From contig JBOZIK010000001.1 in the NCBI GenBank assembly GCA_051453625.1, positions 7,587,000 to 7,626,169 on the forward strand: a stretch of 39,170 bases of DNA, in the 5' to 3' direction. The notes beneath the pieces were generated by a model. That model did no database searches. It was not told where the DNA came from and saw only the letters and a list, made by a program, of their open reading frames with translations. Positions within the stretch are counted from its first letter, which is position 1. Each line of letters starts with the position of its first letter. Shown one piece after another: positions 12,700 to 24,600 of this stretch. The DNA comes from Welwitschia mirabilis. Taxonomy: Eukaryota. Position numbers and translations under genes: made by a program.

Positions 12700-14045
12700 A
12701 ATCTATAAAATTGTAATTTTCTCTGACAAATACCAGGATATTCAATGGTGGAAGCCTTTTTAAGACTATAATACTTAGGTATAAAAAGTTTTATATATGT
12801 CTTTTTTTTTATTATATTTCTTAAATATAGATTTTATATTTCTGGTCATCATAAAATGTATCTATTTGCTTTCTCATTTTTTTAACAAATGACTTTAATA
12901 GCATTAATTCCCATAGGTAAGTATGATATTTTCACATACAGATCTAAAGATGTTAAGCTACATGAGTTTGCAAAGCATCTTTTAAGATACAAAGATGGAA
13001 AATTTGTTCATCATCCAATATTTTAATAAGTACTTTCTCATTTTTTTATTATTTAATAATNNNNNNNNNNNNNNNNNNNNNNNNNNNNNNNNNNNNNNNN
13101 NNNNNNNNNNNNNNNNNNNNNNNNNNNNNNNNNNNNNNNNNNNNNNNNNNNNNNNNNNNNTCATATTCTTACACAAAGAGCTAAAGATGTTAAGCTACAT
13201 GAGTTTGCAAAGCATCTTTTAAGATACAAAGATGGAAAATTTGTTCATCATCCAAGATTTTAGTAAGTACTTTCTTATTTTTTTATTATTTAATGATAGA
13301 ATAAATTTTAGATCCTTTAAAAATTATTTTTCATTTTAGGTGTCATATTTTCAACATGATTATGAAACATCATGTACTTAGGTCTAAAACAATGTTTTTC
13401 GAAAAGAACTTAGCTGATGTAACAATCACAATAGAGGAACTACATGAAAAAATAAACAATTATCCATTAAAAAAATAATATATAACTTAATGATATATGA
13501 AAGTTCTTTAAGAGGCACATCTTCTTATTGGAAAAATAGCAAATGCAAGCTATTAAATATGATTACCCAACTTAGAATTCCTACAATATTTTTCACTTTA
13601 AGTGTTGCAGATTTATATTGGCCAAATCTACATGATATCATGCTTGGTGAACAACCATATCATCTACCTAAAGCCAGATAATGGTGACTATAAAACATTA
13701 TTAAGAACCCACACATTATCTCATAGTACATGTACAATGATCATAAAAAATTTAAAGAGGTAATTATAATAAAGAAATTTAATGTTGTAGACTATTAGAC
13801 ATGATTTGAGTGGTAAAATAAAAGTGCTCCAATATACATGAATTTATATGGATAAAATTATATAATAGCAACACATGCTAAGAAATTTTTTTATTTCATT
13901 GTGCATGCATGAAATGATAGAATTGATGAGTGTGACATACTTAATGCTATAAGTAAAATCTGTATCTTCTTTATTACATGTTTAGTTAATTGCATTATTT
14001 TAGTTTTTACAATGATTTTCGCTTCTGTAGGCCCCAAGAAGAAAC
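12700..14045 (+). mobile_element. Helitron-like Rep fragment (plus strand, intron-containing, helicase absent)
   Basis: 'KLHEFAKHLLRYKDGKFVHHPRF'; intron GTAAGT(13263)...TTTTAG(13340); ORF 13490-13681 'GTSSYW..QLRIPTIFFTLSVADLYWPNL' (Rep motif 1); decayed motif 2 'DY*T*FEW*NKSAP'. Confidence 0.88.
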
Positions 14046-14199
14046 TCTATATAATAATGTTAAGTACATAAATATTATATGTTTAAATGACATATTTAAA
14101 TGAATACAAATGCCATAAGGGCCTTACTAATTAAAGCAATTATTACTAATGAAATTAATAGGTGACCAAAATATTACTAATTTATCTATGTTACATGTC

Positions 14200-15810
14200 T
14201 ACATTATTATTGCTTATCTTTCTTGTAACAGTTAAATGCCTATATGATTGTTTATAAGCTTTGTCCTAATAGAGTGAATTGTAACCTCTATATAAAATTT
14301 ATGAGAACTTCCTTACCTATAGTAATATCTTTTTCTTATTTATGAATTTTTACATTTTAATATAAAACAGATATCATTAGATACTGAAGTCATTTCCAAT
14401 TATTTCCTACATAAACATTATATGTTTAAATAGCATGTTTAGTGGAAATGAATACAAATAATAATTAAGACATTTTCATAAGGGCCTTACTAATTAAAGC
14501 AAGTATGATTAATGAAATTGATTCTATAAGAGACTTAACAAATAATGTTGTTATAACTACTATTAATCAATGGGAGTTAATCACTAGTTTAGGTATATAT
14601 TACATATAGACATAATTTAGCTAAGATATATTAATCTCTACCATCTTTCAGACAAGGATACAATCATTAACTTGAACACATTTTTACATATACATTCATG
14701 TTAACTATAACTACACTCAAATTTGACTTTGCCTAAAGTTAACATTGATTATTATCATTTGGTTAACCTTGACCATTCACCAAAATTTAATGCCTTATTA
14801 TTAGCCAATATTTTCTTATTCATTATCAATAGATATATATTATATCTCTAAGGTAGTTAAGGTATTAATCACAATGCTGATGACATGTTATGAAGTGCCT
14901 TGATTGAATGTATAAGACTTAAAACTACCCATGAAATTTCACTGAACATCCACTTACTTTTTCACATCCCTTGTTATATCATCATCCTCTATTATTAGAG
15001 ATAATATACTAACAAAATGGCCTATGTGAATAAAATTAGCTATTGTATAACCTATANNNNNNNNNNNNNNNNNNNNNNNNNNNNNNNNNNNNNNNNNNNN
15101 NNNNNNNNNNNNNNNNNNNNNNNNNNNNNNNNNNNNNNNNNNNNNNNNNNNNNNNNCTTTTTCTTATTTATGAATTTTTACATTTTAATATAAAACAGAT
15201 ATCATTACATACAAAAGTCATTTCCAATTATTTTCTACATAAACATTATATGTTTAAATAGCATGTTTAGTGGAAATAAATATAAATAATAATTAATACA
15301 TTTTCATAAGGTCCTTACTAATTAAAGCAAGTATGACTAATGAAATTGATTCTATAAGAGACTTAATAGATAATGCATTTATAACTACTATTAATCAATG
15401 GGGGGTGAATCACTAGTTTAGGTGTATATTACATATATACATAATTTAGCTAAGATATATTAATATCTACCATCTTTCAGACAAGGATACAAGCATTAAC
15501 TTGAATAAATTTTTACATATACATTTATGTTAACTATAACTACACTCAAATTTGACTTTGCCTAAAGTCAACATTGATTATTATCATTTGATCAACCTTA
15601 AACATTCACCAAAATTCAACGCCTTATTATTGGCTAATATTTTCTTATTCATTATCAATAGATCATATACTAATAGAATGGCTTATGTGAATAAAATTGG
15701 CTATTGTATGGCCTATTCCTCAATTACTGAGATGGGTCATATCAATTACAAATGTCATGACATGGGTAATGTGGTGTGGGTACTATAATGGCCATGAAGA
15801 CTAATCATTA
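14200..15810 (+). pseudogene. Putative RPA70-like OB-fold/zinc-ribbon gene relic, duplicated across a gap
   Basis: Frameshifted segments 'YENFLTYSNIFFLFMNFYIL' and 'EIDSIRDL..ITTINQW..ITSLG', plus ORF 15552-15788 'FNALLLANIFLFIIN..GYCMAYSSITEMGHINYKCHDMG'. This follows the DBD-A/DBD-B/DBD-C zinc-ribbon layout. Judged by eye only. Confidence 0.4.
14843..15003. mobile_element. ~160 bp insertion with 9 bp terminal inverted repeats (MITE or mini solo LTR)
   Basis: TATCTCTAA...TTAGAGATA; absent from the homologous site at ~15660 (caatagatcatatact). Confidence 0.55.
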
Positions 15811-16380
15811 AGTAAAATAATGAATACCATGATGTTTTACAATGTTAAGTGATATTTTTCATTATTTTTAATTAAATAGTAACACTAGGAAATTGTAGTT
15901 CAAATGGTTCAGATATAATGATAAATATGAGAGGTTGTGGTCCACTTCTTAGTAAGTGGAAAAAAATACTTTTAATCTTTAAAGTATTTAATCTATAATG
16001 ATAAGAATGGATGTTGTAGATTTAAATCTTACAAATAAAAAATGAAAAATAAAAAATTTTAATTAAATTTTTTCCATTTGGAAATTTATGGTAGAAAATA
16101 TTTTAAAATAAGTTTTAAAAAAATAATCTTATCTTCTTGAAATTAAAAAGTTATTAAAGATTAAATTATAATTAATTTAAAAAATAATTAATAAATATCT
16201 TTGTAATAAGAAACAACAGATAATTATATGCTCTAACCTTTAACCTTAATAAGGAAATCTATATCATTTCAAAATTAAAGATATAATTTAATATTAAAAA
16301 TATGTTTTTGTTAAACAATTCTGTGAATCCTTTTAAATTCTTTTAGTAATAATAATTAAAGTATTTTTATTATCACTTTT

Positions 16381-16499
16381 TGTTTGGATAAAGAAGTAGT
16401 TATTTAATTTAAATGATTGCATATCAGAATATTTTTTATTATTACCTTATGTTTGGATAGATAAGTAGTTATTTAATTTGAATGATTACATATCATAAG
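16381..16499 (+). repeat. Two-copy direct repeat (~50 bp unit, 69 bp period)
   Basis: tgtttggata..aagtagttatttaattt.aatgatt.catatca at 16381 and 16450. Confidence 0.85.
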
Positions 16500-17219
16500 C
16501 TTATATGATGTTTTTCAAATTTATTAAATGGCTATGATGTTTTATAATTATCATCAGGGTTAACCTGACCTCATCAATAATTACATAACATATATATGTT
16601 TACAAATAACATAACCCATCTTATTTAAATAAGAAATAGGCCTCACTATAGCCAGTCAAGCCCTTATCATGTATGCCATTCATGCAGGAACTGCTCTACT
16701 ATGTGCCTTTTCACTACCGCTTTATCACACATGTCACCCATCCAAGTCCTTCAAGTGAACTCATTTTTGGAACCTTCGACCACAAATACCTTTTGGTTTG
16801 CATTTACCTTATTATGTAATCTTCAATGTGGGCCTTTTGCATAATTAAATCTTTGTTATAATCTTATCCTTCTGCATCAATCTCATGTCCGAAAATAGGC
16901 TTCTGTTTTAGGCATTTTCATAACTAATCTAGAAATTTTTTTGCCTATTTAACCTTAATTTTATCTAGATGTCCATTTGTTCTAGTAAAAATAGTAGCTA
17001 TTTGATCTTCTATAGCTAAAGAAGATGATATCCTTGCAAATAGAGCAAGGCACAGAGGCTTCTTGATGTCACATGTATTCTACAGCCATGTGTCTGAATC
17101 TTTTAAATTTTGAAGTATTAGGAAATATGCATGCCATAAATAAACCAATAGTATTCCTACTGTATTTGCTTTTGTATTAAGAGTTTTAAGTCTATATAAG
17201 CTGGTTGAGATGTATTAAT

Positions 17220-17468
17220 CTCTACCACCTTTTGGATGAGGGTACAAGCATTAACCTGAATAAATTTTTGCCTAAACATTAGTATTTATAAGAAAAAATT
17301 TCAACTTTATTTTTACCTAAACTCAATGTTGACTTTTGATAATGCATCATTCTGAGCCAATGTTGACTTTAGATAAAAATAAAGTTGAATTTGTTTCTTA
17401 TGAATACTAATGTTTAAGTAAAAATTTATTTAGGTTAATACTTGTACCCTCATCTGAAAGGCTATAGA
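17220..17468. repeat. Imperfect inverted repeat, ~110 bp arms with ~22 bp spacer
   Basis: 17220-17333 (gatgagggtacaagcattaacctgaataaattttt..) is the reverse complement of 17356-17468 (..aaaaatttatttaggttaatacttgtaccctcatc). Confidence 0.9.
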
Positions 17469-18649
17469 NNNNNNNNNNNNNNNNNNNNNNNNNNNNNNNN
17501 NNNNNNNNNNNNNNNNNNNNNNNNNNNNNNNNNNNNNNNNNNNNNNNNNNNNNNNNNNNNNNNNNNNNNNNNNNNNNNNNNNNNNNNNNNNNNNNNNNNN
17601 NNNNNNNNNNNNNNNNNNNNNNNNNNNNNNNNNNNNNNNNNNNNNNNNNNNNNNNNNNNNNNNNNNNNNNNNNNNNNNNNNNNNNNNNNNNNNNNNNNNN
17701 NNNNNNNNNNNNNNNNNNNNNNNNNNNNNNNNNNNNNNNNNNNNNNNNNNNNNNNNNNNNNNNNNNNNNNNNNNNNNNNNNNNNNNNNNNNNNNNNNNNN
17801 NNNNNNNNNNNNNNNNNNNNNNNNNNNNNNNNNNNNNNNNNNNNNNNNNNNNNNNNNNNNNNNNNNNNNNNNNNNNNNNNNNNNNNNNNNNNNNNNNNNN
17901 NNNNNNNNNNNNNNNNNNNNNNNNNNNNNNNNNNNNNNNNNNNNNNNNNNNNNNNNNNNNNNNNNNNNNNNNNNNNNNNNNNNNNNNNNNNNNNNNNNNN
18001 NNNNNNNNNNNNNNNNNNNNNNNNNNNNNNNNNNNNNNNNNNNNNNNNNNNNNNNNNNNNNNNNNNNNNNNNNNNNNNNNNNNNNNNNNNNNNNNNNNNN
18101 NNNNNNNNNNNNNNNNNNNNNNNNNNNNNNNNNNNNNNNNNNNNNNNTATATAAAAGCTAGTGGTCACCTACCACTTATTAATAATAGTTATAAGTTTAA
18201 TATCCATTAAGTCTTATGGAATCAATTTCATTAATCATATTTTCTTTAATTAAAATGTTTTAATTAAAATGTCTTACTCATTATTTGTACTCATTTTTAT
18301 TAAACATGTTATCTAAACATATAATCTTTCATAGAAAATAAATGCATTTGGATTTAGATAAATATGTTACTTAAACATATAATCTTTTATAGAAAACACG
18401 ATTATAGAAATGTCTTACTCCTTTTATATTCATTTTTTTTTTAAACATGCTATAAAATCAATGTTAATTTTAAGTAAAGATAAATTTGAATTTGTCTCAA
18501 TTAAGGTAACCAAAAATAATATAGGCACATAGCACACATGAATGAGTAATATTTCACGGATAGAAATAATTCATTTTATATCACTCTATACAAATGTACA
18601 CTATACATAAACTAACAAATTATTATAATGATAATGAATTCTATACTTT

Positions 18650-21600
18650 TAAGCCTGCTAAATGTTTCTCCTCCTTCATCTGCTTCTTCAATTTAGAACT
18701 CTTGGATAATTTTTTTTATCTTTGTTTAGACAATGGATGTAATATCTTCNNNNNNNNNNNNNNNNNNNNNNNNNNNNNNNNNNNNNNNNNNNNNNNNNNN
18801 NNNNNNNNNNNNNNNNNNNNNNNNNNNNNNNNNNNNNNNNNNNNNNNNNTTTGATCATTTTTATTAAACATGTTATCTAAACATATAACCTTTCATAGAA
18901 AATAAATGCATCTAAATTTAGGTATAATGTAACTTAAACATATAATCTTTTATAGAAAACATGCTTATAGGAATGTCTTACTCATTTTGTATTCATTTTT
19001 TTAAACATGCTATAAAATCAATGTTGACTTTAGGTAAAGATAAATTTGAATTTATCTCAATTAAGGTAACCAAAAATAATATAGACACATAGCACACATG
19101 AATGAGTAATATTTCACTAATAGAAATAATTCATTTTATATCACTCTATACAAATGTACACTACACATAAATTTAAAANNNNNNNNNNTAATGAATTCTA
19201 TACTTTTAATCCTACTAAATGTTTCTCCTCCTTCTTCTGCTTCTTCAAGTTATAACTCTTGGATAATTTTTTATATCTTTGTTTAGACAATGGATGTAAT
19301 ATCTTCATTGATTCTATGGACTTCATTTAAAAAAGAGCCATAAAAGTTAATCCTGATATTTCCTTGGACCAATGTCTATACATGCTTTACTGAGTATCAA
19401 CCTTTAAGATTAATGAATTTTTCAGGCCCATGCAAGTTTGAGAGAGAGTTGTTTTATTCGATCTTTACAAAATGATATGATTAGGACTGTATTGGGACTT
19501 GATTCATTGAAAGAACNNNNNNNNNNNNNNNNNNNNNNNNNNNNNNNNNNNNNNNNNNNNNNNNNNNNNNNNNNNNNNNNNNNNNNNNNNNNNNNNNNNN
19601 NNNNNNNNNNNNNNNNNNNNNNNNNNNNNNNNNNNNNNNNNNNNNNNNNNNNNNNNNNNNNNNNNNNNNNNNNNNNNNNNNNNNNNNNNNNNNNNNNNNN
19701 NNNNNNNNNNNNNNNNNNNNNNNNNNNNNNNNNNNNNNNNNNNNNNNNNNNNNNNNNNNNNNNNNNNNNNNNNNNNNNNNNNNNNNNNNNNNNNNNNNNN
19801 NNNNNNNNNNNNNNNNNNNNNNNNNNNNNNNNNNNNNNNNNNNNNNNNNNNNNNNNNNNNNNNNNNNNNNNNNNNNNNNNNNNNNNNNNNNNNNNNNNNN
19901 NNNNNNNNNNNNNNNNNNNNNNNNNNNNNNNNNNNNNNNNNNNNNNTTCTTCAATTTAGAACTCTTGGATAATTTTTTATATCTTTGTTTAGACAATGGA
20001 TGTAATATCTTCAATGATTCTATGGACTTCATTTAAGAAAGAACCATAAAATTTAATCCCGACATTTACTTGGGACCAATGTCTATACATGCTTTACTGA
20101 GCATCAACCTTTAATATTTATGAATTTTTCAAGTCCATGCAAGTTTGAGAGATAGTTGTTTTATTTGATCTTTATAGAATGATATGATTAGGACTGTATT
20201 GGGACTTTAATTGAAAGAACTCTAGTATAGGTATTGAAACTAACCATAACATAAGTTGGAAGANNNNNNNNNNAGATCAGGTGGATTTTTTCCTAGATGA
20301 TAAACTATTAATTTAACAACATCCATAGGCCCATTTACTAAACTAGCTTTATGCCATATGTTCATAGTTAATATGATCCTATCTCCTTCATAGAGAAGAA
20401 GCTTTGTTTCTAATTTACCATCAACATCATCATATCTAACTAAATCTCAAGTTTGTCGATTATACATCATGTAATAAGTAATTTCATTTGAAGCAAGCAC
20501 TTTCTTTTATGAGAGGAAACATATCATTGATGGTAAATAGGTGAACTAATTCCTGAAAATGATCCATTTCATTTTATAAAAGGAAGTTCAGACCTCACCA
20601 TTAGAAACTCATACTCATTATTTAAAGCTTTACCATCTCTTATATTCGTTAGTAGATTTTAAAACCTTTATTGATTTGGATTGTTATCTTTTTCTCTATA
20701 TACTACATCTAATACAATAATAGTATTAAATGATCTTCATAGTTCATTCAGTTCCTTAGTACTATTATATGATGAACAATCCTTTATTAGAGGTAACTAT
20801 AAAAGATCACCTATTAATATGATAGACCTTTCACCAAAAGTCACGTGTCACTGAGTTGAAAATATCTCTTTAAGCCTTTTATTAATATTAAGTAACATCT
20901 TATTACCTATGAAACTCATCTCATTTAAAATGATGTACTTGACAATTTTTTTCTTTAAGATGTAGCAACTATCTTGATGAAGTAGACTTATAGTCACTGA
21001 TCTTAATACCCAATGCTACATGTTTTATTATTCCCTTAATGTAATATGCTATAACTCTAGTTGGTGTTAGCACCATAATTATACTTTTGTTGTGTAGACA
21101 TATTTTCTTAAATTCATTTTTAATATCATGAATGAGAAAATATTTTCCCGATTCTACTATTTCTGAGATTATTATGGATAAAGGTTGGATGTCTTCTTAC
21201 TCAAATATTTGCAACACCAAATGAGATATGAGTATGTTGAAGCATTTCTTTTATTTTGTATCGAGGATAGATAGGCTAATAAGTTGATTTGATTCATCTT
21301 ATATCAATAAATTTTTTGATGCCCTATTACTTTAAATAAATGAAATAGCATATTTTACACAGTCTTTTCCTGTATAATTTATAGAGCAATTGCATTGTCT
21401 ATCAAGATCATGTAAGTCAAACATGTCATGTTTATTTCTTTAAAGTACACCTTCATTTAATAAATGTCTTATTAATACTTAGTAATCTTTTTCACAATGT
21501 TCCATACATGATGGTTACACATCTTCATGTTTATCTTCCTTGATGATTGCACATNNNNNNNNNNNNNNNNNNNNNNNNNNNNNNNNNNNNNNNNNNNNNN

Positions 21601-24600
21601 NNNNNNNNNNNNNNNNNNNNNNNNNNNNNNNNNNNNNNNNNNNNNNNNNNNNNNGTTCCTTGGATTATCATGTGTAGAGGTTGGATATCTTCTTGCTCAA
21701 ATTCTTGTAGCACTAAATGTGATAAGAGTATATTGAAGCATTTCCTCTATTTTGCACCAAGGCTAGATAGCTCAATAAGTTGCTTTGATTCATTTTGAAC
21801 CAATAAATTTCGTGATGTCCTATTACTTTGAACAAATGAAACAACATATTTCACATAGTCCTTATCTTTATAGTTTTCAGACAAATTGCATTGTCTGTCA
21901 AGGTCACGTAAGCCAAGCATGTCATATTCACTTCTCTAAAGTACACCTTCATTTTTTAGATGTGTTGTTAATACTTAGTAATCATTTTCATAATGTTCCA
22001 CATGTTATGGCTTCACATCTTCATGTTGATCTTCCTCGATGATTGCACGTTCAAAATCGTCATTATGTGATTGACTACACTGCTCATACGTATGTGCAAC
22101 AAACATCCATTTAGCCTCTATTTCTTCATCTGTGTTTCCTAAATCACATTTAATATCTCTACATAAATAATAAAGAAGTAGTTGAGCCCAACAATAAGCT
22201 ATCCAGTTATCATCCTCTATGTTAGGTTGCATACAAAATCTCAGAATAGATCTAATAATTGCATGTTCCTTTCTAGGATGTTAGGCCTTATCATCTATTT
22301 TTCTTGTATTGAACATAAAATATTTTTTACAATTAAATATTGGCATGCCTTTCATTTTTAGTGATCTATTTGGATATTGATCTACAATGGCTTTATCTGA
22401 TTTTTTAATAGTCATGCTTAGATACATTAAGTGGCACAAATACTCGCCTACTTTCAATTAAAGGAAGTCCCTGTAACATGTGGCATGTTTCTATAACTTT
22501 AATATCATGATCTACTATAGTATCCATCATTAGTCTCTTATAAGTTAATATCACAAGCTCACTGGGATTTTTATCTTGTGATATCTTCATTAAATTGTCA
22601 AAATATAACTTTCATTTATTTTCTGACTTTGAGGCATACTTTGTAATATACTATGTAATAATATATTTATCAAGAATAGATTGTAAGTCTATATTTTTTC
22701 ATCATGTTTGTAAAATTATTCTATTATAAACATTTAACCTATCATCAATTCTCCTTCGCTCATACTTCTTCTCATTATTTTCATCTATATACAAGAATCA
22801 TAAGGCTGGAAATCCCATAGAACATTATATCTATATGAATTAATAACCATTAGTACATATAGTTTAAAATATTTATTATGTTAAAAGAATAGTAGTATTT
22901 GGATACCTACATATTTATCTTCATTTTGTTTTCTCAAACATGCTCTAGGCTTATAAACCATACATCTTTAAACACTATTTAGTAANNNNNNNNNNNNNNN
23001 NNNNNNNNNNNNNNNNNNNNNNNNNNNNNNNNNNNNNNNNNNNNNNNNNNNNNNNNNNNNGTCTTGGGGCCTAAAGAAATAAAAATTATTAAAAAAATCT
23101 AAAAATATTGTAATTAACTAAACATGTAATAAAGAAGGTAGAACTTCAACTTATAGCATTAAATCTATTACACTCATCAAACCTATCACTCCATGCATGT
23201 GCACTAGAATTTAATAAAATCTCTTGGCATTTATCATTGTTGTATCATCACTCCAGTTAAGTTCTTTTATGTTTGAAGCTCCTTTTAGCCATNNNNNNNN
23301 NNNNNNNNNNNNNNNNNNNNNNNNNNNNNNNNNNNNNNNNNNNNNNNNNNNNNNNNNNNNNNNNNNNNNNNNNNNNNNNNNNNNNNNNNNNNATACACAC
23401 ATTATTCATCTACAACATGGCTTTGTCTAACTTTTTTATAGACTTGCTTAGATACATTAAGTGGTATAAATACCCTACTACTTTCAACCAAAGGAATCCC
23501 CTGTAACATGTGGCATGTTTCCATATATCCAATATCATGATCTGCTATAGTATCCATAATTAATCTCTTGTAAGCTAATATGACAGGCTCATTGAAATTT
23601 ATATCTTATGATAGCTTCATTAATGTGTTAAAAATATGACTTTGATTTCTTTTCTGACTTCGAGGCATACTTTGAAATATACTGTATAATAACATATTTA
23701 TCGGAGACAGATTAGATGTCTATATTTGCCTATGATGTTTGTAAAACCATTTCATTATGAACATTTAACCTATTATCATTTCTTCTTAGCTCATATTTCT
23801 TCTCATTATTTTCATCTATATATAACTTAGAATTATAAGGCTACAAATAGGCTACACCATGAAACATTATGCCTACATGAATTAATAACCATTAGTACAT
23901 ATACTTTGAAAATATTTACTATGTTCAAAGAATAGTAGTATTTGGGTACTTTCATATTTGTGGTTCATTTCATTTTTTCAAACATGCTCTCGGCTTACAA
24001 ATTGTATGTATATAAACACTTTTTAATAAAGTTGTGTTGCATATGTTTGAGGTATTCTTTTCATAATTGACATGGAAGAAATTTCACATTTTATCTTGGG
24101 GCCTAAAAAACTAAAAATATTGCAATTAACTAAACATGTAATAAAGAAGGTAGAACTTTAACTTATAGCATTAAGTTTATCACACTCACTAAACTTATCA
24201 TTCCATGCATGCGCAATAGAATCAAAAAATCTCTTAGAATTTGTCACTACTATATTATCACTCTAGTTGAGTTGTTTCATGTTTGAAGCTTTTTTATCTA
24301 TAAAAATCCATGTACATGTGGAGAACCTATATGCTACCACTCAAATCATGTTCAGTAGTCTACAACATTAAACTCTTTGATTAGAATAATGTCTCTAAAT
24401 ATTTTTATGACAGTTGTACATATACTCTGAGATGATGTGTGGGTTCTTAATAATGTTTTAAAATCATCATTGTCTAGCTTTCGATAGATGTTGTGGTTGT
24501 TCACCAGGCATGATATCATGTAGATCAGGCCAATATAAATCTGCAGCACTTAAAGTGAAGAATATAATAGAAGTTCTAAGCTAGGTAACCATATCTAGTA

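Noticed and set aside
8175..14045. Possible Helentron-style endonuclease-RepHel fusion
   Set aside because: The APE domain is colinear with L1 ORF1 and RT and lies upstream of Rep; it is not fused to a helicase C-terminus.
19947..21200. Host PIF1 helicase gene
   Set aside because: Continuous with HUH Rep motifs and full of stops, so it is the Helitron helicase.
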